Source: Eledone cirrhosa (Eukaryota). Taken from it: a stretch of 64,000 nucleotides of DNA. Position numbers and translations under genes: made by a program. Below, piece by piece: positions 1 to 13,936 of the stretch; the stretch's first letter is position 1; each line of letters starts with the position of its first letter. The notes beneath the pieces are model-generated. The model was given only the letters and a program-made list of their open reading frames with translations, ran no database searches and was not told the origin of the DNA. The stretch covers positions 64,170,001 through 64,234,000 of the forward strand of contig OZ024744.1 of NCBI GenBank assembly GCA_964016885.1. Reading direction: 5' to 3'.

Positions 1-160
1 CACCAACACCAAAGCCAAGTCATTACACCTGATGGGATGACAGAGTTCTTTGAGATACTGGCTGGAGTGCTCCAGGGAGATACATTGGCTCCCTACCTTT
101 TTATCATCGCAGTGGACTATTGTAGGCGCCTTGCGCTGGAAAAACACCAGGACTCTGGTT
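1..160 (+). mobile_element. Non-LTR retrotransposon RT fragment
   Basis: Translates as TPDGMTEFFEILAGVLQGDTLAPYLFIIAVDY (RT QG motif); truncated at a TA microsatellite. Confidence 0.8.
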
Positions 161-830
161 ATATATATATATATATGCACATATACACACACTCATACAT
201 ATGTATGTATATAACATCCTGTCAGGTCACTATTCAACGCTACTGGTAACATGTAACCCAGTACAACCTGTGCACGGTCGGGTCATCAGCAACTAAACCG
301 GCAACCCCACCAAGCTTACTTGGTGAAGAGGGTGATTTTGAAAAACCCAGGAGAGTCAACGGCTATCCAATAAAGTTGTTTTTTTTGTGGAACAAGGAAC
401 TCCTAGTCTTCATTAAGACATCTCTCTAGGTCACTCTGATATAGAACCTGCGACTTCATTAGCATCCAGTGATGTAGATCAGTTCTTTTTTGGGGTAAAT
501 GCATTCGATGTTCATAGAGTGGGATTGGCTCCATGCAAAACCTTTCCTCACTTAAAAAAGCTTCAAGCACAGGCATTGCTTGATATGTGATATTTTTTGT
601 GATGCATGGTATCACTGGCCATAAGCAAGTCTAAAAAGCCATGTCCGTGATGCTCATGCTTAAGTATCAAGCGAAATCAAGTTGCAGCCATCATATATAT
701 ATATACACACACATATATATATATATTTATATAAATGAAATTTCAAAGTGAATGGAACATTTTGCTCTAAGAGTTCCCCACACTCTGAAGAAGGGATTTT
801 TAAGTCATGAAATATTTGGATTAAAATAAT

Positions 831-1012
831 AATAGTTTCTACTTTTGGCACAAGGCCAGCAATTATCCCAGTGCATTACTGGTACTTTATTTTATCGATT
901 CCATAAGGATGAAAGGCAAAGTTAACTGCGGTGGGATTTGAACTCAGACCGCAAGTCTATGCCGCAAAGCACAATGTCTGACCCTCTACCGATACTACCA
1001 ATTTACCAACAA
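831..1012 (-). mobile_element. tRNA-derived SINE, family A
   Basis: Minus strand has B box GAGTTCAAATCC, central GCCTTTCATCCTTA.GG..TCGATAAAATAAAGTACCAG block and an (ATT)n tail. About 11 related copies in the window. Confidence 0.85.
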
Positions 1013-2590
1013 TAATAAATACCAGGTAACAAACTTTTTTGTTGCCTTCATTTTACCATTCATTTCACATTGTCTTAGCCTTCTTAAAGATAACATATTC
1101 TTCATTATATACTATACACAATGTTTCAATCAAAATACAACATTCTATGTACTGATTAAGCACTAAACCTCGCCTTTTGTTTTCAATGTTCAACATTCAC
1201 ATACACACATATATATACATAAGTGTGTGTGTATCTAAAATGTAAATGTTTGAAATTTTTCTTTGTCAAATTGTTAAGCTTCTCAGATTTCTATAATATT
1301 TATTTGCCTTAACATGTTCTATTTAGGTATTGTTGCTGTGAACATATCATTTATGAGTTGGCTTTGAAACAAGTATTTTTCACACATAATATCATTGTGC
1401 AGTTCTGCAACCTCTACCATTTACTTATAGCCCTGTCAAATCCCCAATGACTGTACCCGTCTCCCTCCCCAGAGCTGAGAGGGCTCTACAGTTGGGTCTA
1501 TGACGAACAATCTCCCTAGTGATGGTTCCACCCTGTACACTCTGTAAGGGTGGTTGGCGACAGGAAGGGCACCCTGCTGTAGAAAACATGACTAAAAGAG
1601 TTGTGAGGACCTTTTGGTTGTGTGAAAGACACAACCTCTCTTGTGTTGGTGATTTACTTGCGAAATGCACCTAGTACACACTGTAAAGTGGTTGGTGATA
1701 GGAAGGGCATCCAACCATTGAAAACTTGTCAAACAAAGGATTGGGAGGACCCTTTAGTTGTATCAAGGACATAACAAAATATCCCTAGTGCTAGTGATCT
1801 ACACAATAAAAGCACCAAGTATATGTTGTAAAGTGCTTGGTGCAGGAAAGGCATCTAGCCATAGAAAATTTGCCAAACAAGGAATTGAGAGGACCCTTCA
1901 GTTTGTGTTAAGACAACTTCTCCTCTGTGCTTGATATGACTGTATGTAAGCAGGATTCAGACCCTTTGACCAGTCTGGGAGATCAGTAGCTTTGCTTTAG
2001 CACTGATTTGGTCTTTGTAGACCCATCTAACTCATGCTAGCAGGGAAAGCGGATGTTAAATGTTGATGATATATCATCATCTTCGTTTAATGTCCATCTT
2101 CCACTATGTATATACATATATATATCTTTATTGTACTTCATCAGCTGTTGTGTTTTTGCCGTTTACTTTTCACACACATACATATATATCATTTTGTATT
2201 AAACAATCTTACAATCAAACAAAGAAAACAAATGTGGGCTGAGGACTAAACCCTGGTGAACAACTACCAGCACATTGAATTCCTCCAAAAACAAAAGATC
2301 AAATGGTGAATATAAAACCAAACATAGGGACCACAATGCTAACTCCTACTTTAGCATGGAAACTGGCCTTAAAATCTTGCTGCCATATATGTTCATGCAT
2401 GCATGTGTATAATCATGCTGTTATAAAATGGACTGAGTAGTTGTTTGAACTGTTAGAAATAGCAGTCACATATCTGCTGTCTTAATGCATTTCTTAACAC
2501 TTTCGTGACTGTATATCTGATGAAATACATCTCTATATTAATTAATTCAAGGAGAATTTGGAGAGAGTTCTAGCAGTTAAATGAAATAAT

Positions 2591-2763
2591 TGTTTCTACT
2601 TTTTGGCACAAGGCCAGCAATTACCCAGTGCATTACTGGTACTTTATTTTATTGACCCCGTAAGGATGAAAAGCAAAGTCAACTTCGGCGGGATTTGAGC
2701 TCAGATCATAAAGGGACGTAACTATGCTGGAAAGCATGGCGTCCGACCCTCTACCGATACTGC
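2591..2763 (-). mobile_element. SINE family A with 17-bp TSD
   Basis: Flanked by the direct repeat CAGTTAAATGAAATAAT at 2574-2590 and 2764-2780. Confidence 0.9.
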
Positions 2764-3329
2764 CAGTTAAATGAAATAATGATAGTTATACGCCACCATT
2801 TTAGAAGTATATAGTAATACTTTTAGCAGTGAATAATATAAACAAGAATATGTAACAATAATGTATTTTATTAACAAAGGTTAGAAGAGCTGGATAGAGC
2901 TGGGCTGGCATGCCAAAATAAACGAAACAAACAAAATTAAGGTTTCAGAAGACACAGTCTACTGGCTGAGGTGTTAGCTAGGTTGTGGTTAAATTGTTGT
3001 GTTACAAGTTGGTTGATGGTTGCGGGACAAAAGCAAAATTGCTGTTTACCTTACCACAGTCAAAGTTACAAGAGATCAAATTTATTAAAAGAAGCGGGAA
3101 TTTCTCGGTTTGGGCGGAAGTTGAAAATACATATCTGTGCGATTGGCCTAACTTAGCCAAATGATGCATGGACAGGGTATCAATGCACCAAAGGAAAGTA
3201 GCTTGCTACAGAGTTATTAAATTATCAATTATGCTATTATTAAGATAGTAACTTAACAGTTTTTATTGGAAAATCTATAAATAAAGCAGGAGCCCTTTAA
3301 ATTGCATATCCCAAGACACCAAAGGGGGC

Positions 3330-4330
3330 CCAGCAGGGAGCAAGCCTTGACAGTTGGAATTGGCTTTGGTCTAGGTATCTTCTTCTTAACCCACTTATTC
3401 CTGAAAGGGCTATGGAGGCAGAGTCCTATGACATGCTTTCCAGGGTTCCTATCAGAAGCAACCATCCCCAAATGATCCACATGGACACTCCCACTCCCCA
3501 CCCTCAGATGTTTCCCAACCATCTTGCATGTGGTTTACCACTGGGTCTCCTGCCAATTGGGTTTGCCCATAAAATCTGTCCCATAGTTCTTTCTTTAGTC
3601 ATTCTAACCATATGTCCATAATGCCAGAGTTGTGATTTCGTCATGTAGAAAAGTAATGGCTCTACTTGGAGCGACTCTCTGATCTCCGAACTATGCACTC
3701 TATTGAGTAACATTACTCCAAAGACGCATCAGAGGAACTCTATTTTGGCTGCATGTATTCAGCATTGTATTCTTTTAGTCATTACCATAAGCAAGAGTTG
3801 CTGTGAATACTGAAATGAAGATAGTGAGTTTGACTTTTACACTAAATTTCCTTCTTCTAATGACTGAGTGTTAAAGCTGACACATTACTGCACCAGCTCC
3901 TTCAATTCTTGAACTTAATTCATTCTCCTGCCTTCTATCACTCCTGAAAACGATCCAAAGATACTTAAATTTCTCCTCCTGCTGCAGTGTAACTCCACTC
4001 ACTGTGTGTTTGGATAGATGGTGCTAAATCATAACCATTCAATGTAGGTGATGGACTCTGCCAAGGATGCATATTGTCATGGTTCCCGTTTATAATCTTC
4101 ATGAACAGGATTGACTTGCAGAACTGAGTCGGAAGTGGTATCAAAACAAATGGGTGTAGGATGACTCAGTTGATATTTTCAGACAACATGGTTTACTTAA
4201 GTCATTGGAATGTGATCTCCAACATGCACTGGATAGGTTTGCTGCCAAGTGCTACACGTAACTATCATCAAAAAGGTTTGTTATAATACTATATTCACAC
4301 TAAGTGGACAGGATTGTATTAAAGCAGTAT
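3330..4330 (-). mobile_element. Degenerate RTE-type LINE 3' portion (second family)
   Basis: Translates as RVHSSEIRESLQVEPLL..KSQLWHYGHMVRM..PIGRRPSGKP..W; homologous to 46080-47460 and 15150-15285. Confidence 0.8.
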
Positions 4331-4423
4331 GACATATTACAGATATATAGACCATTAACCCTTTGATTATTATTATTGGCAGTAACAGCCTGCATATGAA
4401 CCAATAACACTTTAATTACCAAT

Positions 4424-4634
4424 AATGATTTCTAGTATAGGCACAAGGCCAGTAATTTGGGGGAGGGGAAAGTCAATTAAATTGACCCCAGTATATTACT
4501 GGTGTTTTATTTTATCGACCCCGTAAGGATGACAGGCAAAGTTAACGTCGGCGGGATTTGAACTCAGACCATAACTCTATGCTGCAAAGCATGGTGTTCG
4601 ACTCTCTACCGATACTGCCAATCCACCGCCCTTT
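4424..4634 (-). mobile_element. SINE family A, near full length
   Basis: 5' head AAGGGCGGTGGATTGGCAGTATCGG (A box), B box and central block present. Confidence 0.85.
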
Positions 4635-5886
4635 AATTACTAATAACCTGTCACCCACATTGATTTGGTCAGTTACAGCTCCCAAATATAGTGTTTTGAC
4701 ATTTGTTGTTGCTGTTATGGTTGTAGTGCACCTGAGCACTGTACACCATAATTTCATTAATATACTTATGTGAGTTTAGTTGGCTACCTATAAGGTTGCA
4801 TCTTATCATAGGTTTCTTGGGGTTTTAATTATAGGAACTCCAGTCCTATCTTGTTACCATTTTTCCTATGACATAAAGTAGAATTTGAACTCAGAATACA
4901 CAGAGTCAGAGTAGATATTGCAAGATATCTCATCTGCTGCTCTAATAACTCCGTTAATCCACTGCCCTAGACAGGTACCTTATTTATTGACTTAGAAGGA
5001 GGGATGGAAGGCAAAATTTACCTTAGTCAGATTTGAACTTGGAGTGCAATGAATGAGCCAAAACAAATATGGCAAAACATTTAATCTGATGTCTAACAAC
5101 TCTGCTAATTCACTGTCTTACTTCAACTTAGTGTAGGTATAGGATTTCTAATTTAAGCACAAGGCCAGCAATTTAAATTTAAATTGACCTTATTACTTGA
5201 CTGGTATTTTATTTTAACGACCTGAAAATGATAAAAGGCAAAGTTGACCTCGGAGGAATCAACATATTGCAGGCGTATCGTCAGTCGATTGACAAAGTCC
5301 TATATATGTCCCATGTTCAATCGGTGGTAACAACAGTAAATAAGGAACTCAATACATTAGTAGAGTATATACAAGTTTAATATAGAAATGGCTTCTACAG
5401 GACTAGAACTGTTTCATTGGAAGGAAATCATCAAGAAAGCAGGCTTTATGTATATATAACAGTTGATCAACAAGCCCAGACCTCATTCGCTAAACGAGTC
5501 AGGTGGAGCTCGTCAAATCGGACCGAGGAAACAATGTTTCTTTCCAATTGCTGATACTATCTCTCGGTTGCAAGTTCAGGCAGAAGGAACAACATGAAAT
5601 AAACAAAATGCATGGCCTGATACAGGAATCAAACTCACAACCTCAAGATTACGAATCCAATTCTCTAACCACTCAGCCACGCGCCTGCAGGTATATAAAA
5701 ACTATTAATTCTTTGGGCTGTCATTGAACTGATTAGTTATAGCTCTTAAATGTATGAAGTATTAGGGAAGAGTAAAGTGCAATGTTTTAGGGAGATATAA
5801 ACCCATAGTCTAACAAACTTGTAATCACTGAAACTGAAACATCAAAATAACCAGGAGATGAATCATAAAAACAAGAACAACCAAAT

Positions 5887-6251
5887 TTATTTCTTTACAT
5901 GTGCCAAATCATATTTCCCTCGTACACATTTTAATTTTACACCAGGAACATCCTGTAACCTACCACCACGGAGAAGAACAATGCTATGCTCTTGGAGATT
6001 GTGTCCTTCTCCAGGTACATAAGCTGTTGCTTCACGACCATTACTAAGTCTCACACGAACACATTTTCGATTGGCAGAATTTGGTTTCTTGGGTTTTTTA
6101 ACTAGAGTTTTTAAAACTATGCCACGCAGAAATGGAACACCAAATGTTGGACGCTTCTTTGGTTTCTTGACTTGCTGTGGCTTTCTGTGCATTTGGTTTA
6201 GAGTTGCCATTTGCTGGCAACATTCCAAAAATGGTGTTTTAGAATAATTGC
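5887..6251 (-). CDS. MRPS12: Mitochondrial ribosomal protein S12 (uS12m), last coding exon
   Basis: Translation has S12 signatures ([65 protein letters not shown]). Acceptor tttctttcag ends at 6252. Exon starts with 2 nt completing a split codon. Stop TAA at 5889-5887. Confidence 0.96.
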
Positions 6252-6309
6252 CTGAAAGAAATGAAAATGTTGCAAGTTAAGTTTACAAAATAATGATCAC
6301 ATATATATA

Positions 6310-6387
6310 CATAAGTCGTCAAAAAATGTATACACACTTTAACAGCATTCTCATAAATGTGAGTATACATTTTGGGGGGATACCCTG
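6310..6387. mobile_element. Tc1/mariner-type MITE
   Basis: Inverted ends AAAATGTATAC.. / GTATACATTTTGGGGGGATACCCTG|TA in TA repeats; related to 56318-56421. Confidence 0.65.
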
Positions 6388-7194
6388 TATATATATTATA
6401 TATATATACATACAAGGCTTGGGTGAAATGAAAGAGTTGATGCTAGAGCTGTGTAATCTTGCATGCATTAATTTCAACTCTTCTTATTAATAATTGCATT
6501 GTTTCTTTTCAAAGACTATGTTAAGAAATAAACCTCATTTAATCATTTCATATAGTCTGTTTGCTTTTTACACAAATTCAATTTAATGACTCTTGAAAAA
6601 ATATTATTAAATATTCACTTTGCGTGAATAATGCGCTATAATGCATGTGGTTTTAAATTTTTTCATTTATCAGAAATATAGACTTGAATTGCTCGAATTT
6701 ACTTTACGTGCTGCGTTCATGAATGCTTCTTCGAACACACTGTATATATATTTATGAGTCTTGTTACTCTGGATGGAGTTTCGTCTGTTTACCACAAGGA
6801 CATGGTGGTTAAAAAGTCCAGTTTGCGATACATATGGTTCTAGGGTCAATCCTACTTCACATGATTTTAGCAAAATGTTTCTTGTGTAACATTAGTTTGT
6901 GAATGGAATTTAATAGATAGAAACTGCAGAAATGTTTAACAAGGTCTTTTAGCTTCCATACCTTCCTTTCGTTTGGTTCATATTTTGACATAACTAGTAA
7001 CTAACGTGATCTGACCGAAGAAAAGAGAAAAAAAAAACAATTACTGGTTTCACTAAACATCCAGAATACTGCTTACTTCAGGTAATTGGAAGTTTCAAAA
7101 TAAAAAATAAAAATGTTTTTAAATCTAATGTAAGGGAGATAAATCTGTGAAACAAAAATTGAGGTAGTTTAAGGTTAACTAAAAATGTTGGGTG

Positions 7195-8260
7195 TATCAT
7201 CATCATCATCATCATCAACGTTTAACGTCCGTGTTCCACGCTTGCATGGGTTTGGACGGGGGTAGTCCCACTTGAGGCAAGAGTGATTGTCATGCTCGCA
7301 TAGGACTGTCTGGCAGGTTTTCTACAGTTGGATGCCCTTCCTAACACCAACCACATTTACAGTGTGGGTCTGGGAGGTTTTTACCGTGTTGCCTACACGG
7401 CCACATTACAGCGTGGACTGTGTGTTTTTTTGTCGTGACACCTACACGATCTCATTTGTTTCGGCCTGGATGGCGCGGCACCAACATAACTTTACATAGA
7501 ACGGGGTGGTGTGGATGGGGTGGGGGTGGTGGCGGGACGGGGTGTATTTTGTTAGAGATGCCTACTGGCAAGGCGGGTCTTCTCTGTTACTGAGTACCGC
7601 CAAAGGTCTCGGTCCAGTGACATTGTCTTGGAGAGGTGTAAGTGTGTGAGGTCGGAGTTTATCAGCTCATCCCATGTTTTTCTAGGTCTGCCTATTCCGT
7701 GGCTACCGTCTATCTTTATTGCCCTGCACTTTGTTATACAGCTATCGACTTTCATGCGCATCACGTGTCCATACCAATGCAGCCTTCTCTCGAGTAAACA
7801 ACATCTGATCCCTCTTATCTCTAATTTTTTCCTTAGTTCGTTTATGCTTTGCCGTTCACGTATATTACTGTTACACATCCAGCGGAGCATGCAAGCTTCG
7901 TTCCTCTCTAGTCTGCGTATATCCTCTGCACACAATGCCCAGGTCTCACTACCATGCAACATTGCTGTTCGTATGCAGGCATCGTACAACCTGCCTTTCA
8001 TTTTTAGGGAGAACCCTTTAGCAGCTAATAGTGGTATAAGCTCTCTGAACTTTTTCCAACCAGTTCTGACTCTAGCTACAGTACTTTCAGAGCACCCTCC
8101 CCCACTGCTGATTTTATCGCCCAGGTAACGGAAGCTGTCCACTATTTCTATAGAACCCTCTGCGCAATTGAAAGAGCTAGTATTTTGTGGGCACTTGCTG
8201 CTACTTATTGCACCAGAACACCGGCCACATGTAAAATCTATGTTCTTAGTTAGCTTAGTA
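7195..8260 (-). mobile_element. 5'-truncated RTE LINE in the MRPS12 intron
   Basis: ORF 7552-8286 is nearly identical to the C-terminus of ORF 25832-27049; 3'UTR and (GAT)n tail at 7195-7217. Confidence 0.95.
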
Positions 8261-8984
8261 GTGATTATAAATTTATATAAGCCCAACCCTTGCTAGCGGA
8301 AAAAGTGGGCATTAAACGATCATGATCACACATTCACGATCGATATCATTATTGTTTAACGCCTATTTTACATGATTGCATGGGTCAGACAGGCTGTTGT
8401 GTGCTGAGGGTAAAACCAGTCAGGTGACCACAACCTGCTTGTATGCTCGATATTGGTATGGTTTCTGCAGCTAGATGCAGTTCCTAACAGCAACCACTTT
8501 ACAGCGTGTACTTGGAGCCTTTTATTGTGATTACAGTACTTCCACCTAACAGGGTGGACTGCGTGCTTTTTGTCATGGCACTGGTACCGCCTTACTGGGT
8601 GCTTTTCTTCACGTCACCAGCACTACCACTGTACTAGGTGGGCTGGGTGTATTTTACTGAGGCACTAGCACTTCCTTATAATACTAGACTAATCAGTGTT
8701 CTTGGTCTGACTGGGGAGGCATTGATGGAGGTTGAGGGTTTATAAATAGGAGGGGTGCTATGATACTTGCTGAGGAGGGAGAAGAAGCATTATTATAAAT
8801 TTAAAAAAATAAATAAAAAAGAAACTACAGCCATTCTAAATCTAAAACTGAATATCCTTTGATTTGGAAAACTATACAATTAGTTATTCATTTCTTTTGA
8901 AAATATTCTCTATTTAATCATTGTAAAATTGTATCACCATTTCATAATAGTTAAAATTAAAATCTGTCTCAAGCCTGGAAGCTC

Positions 8985-9195
8985 ATAAGGCCAGTGCTTA
9001 TCCTGGTTTCCTTGGCATTAAGCAATTAGGATTATGCAACTCCTCCTTGGACAGGATGCTGGTCCATTGCAGGGTTAAATCCCAGTTAATGCTGGTACTC
9101 ATTTTCAGCATGACAAAATGTTTTGCTCAAGAACACAGAACACCAGCCTGTTTAGGAATCGAATCAAATACATTATGATCATAAATCCAACCGAC
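8985..9195 (-). mobile_element. tRNA-derived CORE-like SINE, family B
   Basis: Shares the TTGCTCAAGAACAC and tRNA-head blocks with 42900-43025, 58945-59085 and 18710-18835. Confidence 0.6.
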
Positions 9196-11109
9196 TATCT
9201 TGAAAATATTTAGTTATGTTTTCATCATAGAAGTCTGTAAAAGTTTATCCATGAGTAAAAACACATATTTAACTTATTCTGTATCAGTGAGATAATTATC
9301 TACTTTCATCAAATGAAATCATCACTAACCATATACTCTAAAACTAATATTCCAACGGAACATAGAAGCAGCTAACTGTATAACAATGACTTATTGCTTG
9401 CTCTGCTTGTAACTTAAAACTAACTCAGCTTTTCTTGATCAACTCTGCAAATTCAAGTGTAAAAAGAAGCTTCTCAACACTGGATATAATTCAATCATTC
9501 TTAAAGTACACAATATCTCAATAACTAGTGTCAATACTGGCTAGTATTTCCACTGAGAAACTGATACTCATCAATATAGAATGACAAAGAATTACACAAC
9601 TTCAGGCTGAAGCATACATCTAGTTAAGTGGTTGTGACGGTGACATGGTAAAAAGCACCCAGCCCACTCTGTAAAACGGTCCTGTAGGTATCATGACAAA
9701 AAGCACCCAGCCCACACTGTAAAGTGATTGTGTAGGTGTCACAGCAAAATGCACCCAGTACTCATTGTAAATAAGGTTGGTGTTAGGAAGGGCATCCAGC
9801 CGTAGAAACCAAGCCAAAATCAGTTTTGTATGAGCAAGGTACAGTCACAACAGGACAACTCGTCTAACCCCTGCTAGTGTGGAAAAATGGACGTTAAACG
9901 GTGATGATGATTAGAGGAATTGGTTATAAAACTGACAAGCTTGGAAGGTATGTTTAAATGAAGAGTTTATTATAAAAATTTATGCATCTTTACTTTTTAA
10001 TTACAGTGTTTGTTCCATGTAAATGAATTGTTAGTTCTACTATAAGAAAGCCTTTCAAATATTATCAACATGAACTTGGAAGTTATGTCAGATACTCTGC
10101 CTTCACGACCGTCTCAGAAATAAGTGGGTAAACAAGAAGATACCTACTTGCCCAAAACCATCCAGTTTAAAGGATTCCTGTTTTATATTTAGATTTTCCA
10201 ACACACTATAAAAATTCATTGAAAATTAAAGAAAGAAATCATGCCTAAATAATTATAGCTATAGCTTACAGTGTTTGTTTGTTAAATAAATGTAAAACTA
10301 CATTTCAGTACCTCTCTTCCCTGTCTTTTTCCACAAAACTTTGTAAATAATGAATAATTTTTTAAATGAAATTGTTGGTTACAATTATGTTGATGAAATT
10401 AATTTTGTTTAAAATACAATTCCTAATTGTTAAAATGACATTCCTGTAGAAAATCTACGACATTATCAACATGGACTTAGAAGGCAAATTGAAAAAAAAC
10501 GTCCAGGTTCATGATTAGGATAATTAGGAATGCAGATTGAAACTATGCAACAATGAATTACATAATAGTGAAAGTGTTAAAGAATAAAATTAATTTTAAG
10601 AAATAAATTTCATAAACATAACTGAATTTACACCTTTGAAACAGTAGTTAATTGATGTTTATAATAGTAAAAACAATTTAATAAAAAAGAAAAACATTTT
10701 TTGAGATTGAGAAGAAAGAATCCCTGGTATTTGATATCTTCCTTTCCTCTACATAGCAGGCTGCAGTACCAGGGTTTGTGGCTGAAGCGATATCGGCTAA
10801 ATTTCATTGAAAAGATGTATTGATTAAATTCGGGGTAAAGTGGGACACTAAACTATTTCTATGCCCTATGGTTCGTGTAAGATATGCAACATGTTTTAAA
10901 ATATCTAAATCAACTGTTGAAAATTATTTGCAAATATTTCAGTTTCGGTTAAATGGATCAAATGACTAGTTATTTCGCCAGGTCACATTTCCTTCAAATA
11001 AAGGGAGATAATCGCGTTGATTAATAACCGGTTTTTGAATTATCAATATACATAGAGATTTCCTCGGCTATAATTATATTCTTTTCGTGGTTTCAGTCAT
11101 TGGATAGCG

Positions 11110-11400
11110 GCAATGCCTTAATTTTCTCCCCACTCCAGCTTCATTGAAGTTTTATGCTGGAAGTTGTTCTATAATTGCGTTTGTATCAGCTGATCTTCCC
11201 TGACTGTATGCTTCAATAGTTGGGTGTTCTGATCTTTTAAGTAGGAGTTCAATGTTTTCTTAAATGTTTCAATAGAGATAGATCTCTTTTATGTTTCTGA
11301 TTTCTTTAGGTAGGCAATTGAACACTTTAGGGTCTCTAAATATCAGACTGTTACAATAGGTGTTTAAATTCTTCTTTTGAATATGGTACTCTAAAATAGC
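11110..11400 (-). mobile_element. Old LINE (CR1/L2-like) 3' fragment
   Basis: Minus frame reads TYCNSLIFRDPKVFNCLPKEIRNI, typical of a LINE ORF2 C-terminus. Confidence 0.55.
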
Positions 11401-11579
11401 TACTGATATATATTTATATCATCATCATCCCCATTTAATGTCCACTTTCGATGCTAGCATAGGTTAGATGAACATGTCTTGCTCAAACGAAACTAATTTG
11501 GGCTTGGTTTCTATAGCTGGGTGTCGTTCCTGACCCCAACCACATTTACAGTGTGTACTGGGTGTTTTTTGTCGAGAAA

Positions 11580-13780
11580 ATGGTTTAAAACTAATGGACC
11601 AAGTTAAGAAAATGACAAAGAGTTCTAGCTCAACTAATTAGGGAAAAAGATGAGATACAATTTGGTTTTGTACAAGGGAGGAATACTACAGATGCCCTCT
11701 TTTTAGTGAGACAACTACAAGAGAACTTCCTAGCTAAGTGTGACTATATATAGCTTTTGTTGATCTAGAGAAGACCTTTGACAAAGTACCCCGATCTGTC
11801 ATCTAGTTGTCCTTAAGGAAACTAGGTGTAAAGATGGCTTGTGAGATCAGTTTAAGACTAGCTGTAAATGAGAACTTCTATACCGTTGCCCTGGTTCTTA
11901 TAGCCAAATCAGTGGAAGAGCTAGAGAAGAAATTCTGGTTTCAAACATGGGAAAAACTAAAGTTTTGGGAAAGTAAGAAAGACAAGACCTTGATCCCATT
12001 AAGGAAGTAGCCTTGCTGAATACATATAAAAAAAAGAGTAGGTAGAAACACTATGTGATATACAAAATGTAAATCTTAAGTACACTAGAGGTGTAATGGG
12101 ACAACGGGCAGACAAACAGAAAAGGCAGATTTTGTATGTAGTAGATGCACAAAGATAGTTGGTAGTAAGAGAGTCATCATCATCATCGTTTAACGTCCCT
12201 GTTCCACGCTTGCATGGGTTTGGACGGAGGTTTTCCCACTTGAGGCAAGAGTGGTTGTCTTGCTTGCATAGGACTGTCTGGCGGGTTTTCTACAGCTGGA
12301 TGCCCTTCCTAACACCAACCACATTTACAGTGTGGGGCTGGGAGGTTTTTACCATGTTGCCTACACGGCCACATTACAGCGTGGACTGTCTGGCGTGTTT
12401 TCTACAGCTGGATGCTCTTCCTAACACCAACCACATTTACAGTGTGGAACTGGGAGGTTTTTACCGTGTTGCCTACACGGCCACATTACAGCGTGGACTG
12501 TGTGTTTTTTTGTCGTGACACCTACACGATCTCATTTGTTTCGGCCTGGATGTTGTGGCACCAACATAACTTTACATTGAAGGGGGCGGTGTGGATGGGG
12601 TGGGATGGTGGTATTTTGTTAGAGATGCCTACTGACTAGTAGGTTTTACTTTGTATTTAGGTAAGGCGGGTCTTCTCTGTTACTGAGTACCGCCAAAGGT
12701 CTCGGTCCAGTGACATTGTCTTGGAGAGGTGTAAGTGTGTGAGGTCGGAATTTATCAGCTCGTCCCAGGTTTTCCTGGGTCTGCCTACTCCGTGGCTACC
12801 ATCTATCTTTATTGCCCTGCACTTTGTTATACAGCTGTCGTCTTTCATGCGCATCACGTGACCATACCAACGTAGCCTTCTCTCGAGTAAACAACATCTG
12901 ATCCCTCTTATTTCTAATTTTTTCCTTAGTTCGTTTATGCTTTGCCGTTCACGTATATTACTATTACACAGTGATGTAAACTTTTTCCAGTCCTGGGAAG
13001 GTTCCATAGAAGTGGTTGATAGTTTCTGCTACCTAGATGATCTAATTAGCAATGGAGCAGGTTGCACAGAAAGTATAATAGCTAGGATATGAACAAGATG
13101 GAAAAAGTTCAGTGAGCTATTATCTATGTTGACAACAAAATGTTTATCTCTACAAAAGAAAAGCTGGCTATATAATGCCTATGTGTGATGTGCAATGTTG
13201 AATGGTAGTGAGATATGGGTAGTGAATACAGAGGATATGCAAAGGCTGGAGAGAAATGAAGCTAGTATGCTCTGATGGACAAGCAATGTTAATATACATC
13301 ACCATCATCGTTTAACGTCTATCTTCCACGCTAGATGGGAATTGTCCCACTTGAGGCAAGATTGATCGGGTGACCATGTCTCGCTCATAGGACATGTATC
13401 TGGCAGGTTTTCTACAGCTGGATGCCCTTCCTAACACCAACCACATTTACAGTGAGTGATAAAGCAAGGATGAACTGAGGGAAAAGCTGGGTATAAGAGG
13501 AATCAGATATAGTGTACAGGAGTGAAGACTGTGTTGGGTTTGTCATGTAATGCATATGGATGATGATGATTGTGTCAAGTGCCAAGAAATCCAAGTGGAA
13601 GGAATCTGCAGTTTGACAGAGACCAAGGAAAATTTGGGCTTGTGAGAGCTGATTCCAAATCACTGAAGCTCACAGAAGAGATGATGAAGGACTACAGCAA
13701 GTGGAGGGATGCTGTGTTGAAAAAGACCCCTCCAATCCATGCAAGCATGGAAAAACGGATGTAAAATAATGATGATATAG
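11580..13780 (+). mobile_element. Degenerate RTE LINE interrupted by a younger antisense RTE
   Basis: RT motif relics (FVDLEKTFD, LRKLGV) and C-terminal region; ends CCATGCAAGCATGGAAAAACGGATGTAAAATAATGATGAT. Confidence 0.85.
12174..12968 (-). mobile_element. Young 5'-truncated RTE LINE nested in the older RTE
   Basis: Near-identical to 25318-26145; duplicated ~110-bp 3'UTR unit; (GAT)n tail. Confidence 0.95.
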
Positions 13781-13863
13781 GTACACATGGGTGTATGTAT
13801 TACGAAAATGGTATCTTAGAATAAGGTTTTAAAAAATAAAATTTAAATCTGTAGAAAACTTAC

Positions 13864-13936
13864 CTGCAAGTAACTTTGTATTGCTTTGAAAAAGAATATT
13901 GGAGAAATGTCGGTATGCCGTAGACAAGAAATTCAT
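13864..13936 (-). CDS. MRPS12: MRPS12 first coding exon (transit peptide MNFLSTAYRHFSNILFQSNTKLLA-G)
   Basis: ATG at 13936; 73 nt (24 codons + 1) ending at CAG|GTAAGT, so the phase matches the 6251 acceptor and gives a 145-aa ORF. No acidic residues, consistent with a mitochondrial presequence. An acceptor (ttccttacag) 6 nt upstream of the ATG implies a further 5'-UTR exon. Confidence 0.85.

Noticed and set aside
5887-6228. Bacterial/organellar rpsL (HGT or NUMT)
   Set aside because: It has spliceosomal intron signals and a presequence exon, consistent with ordinary nuclear MRPS12.
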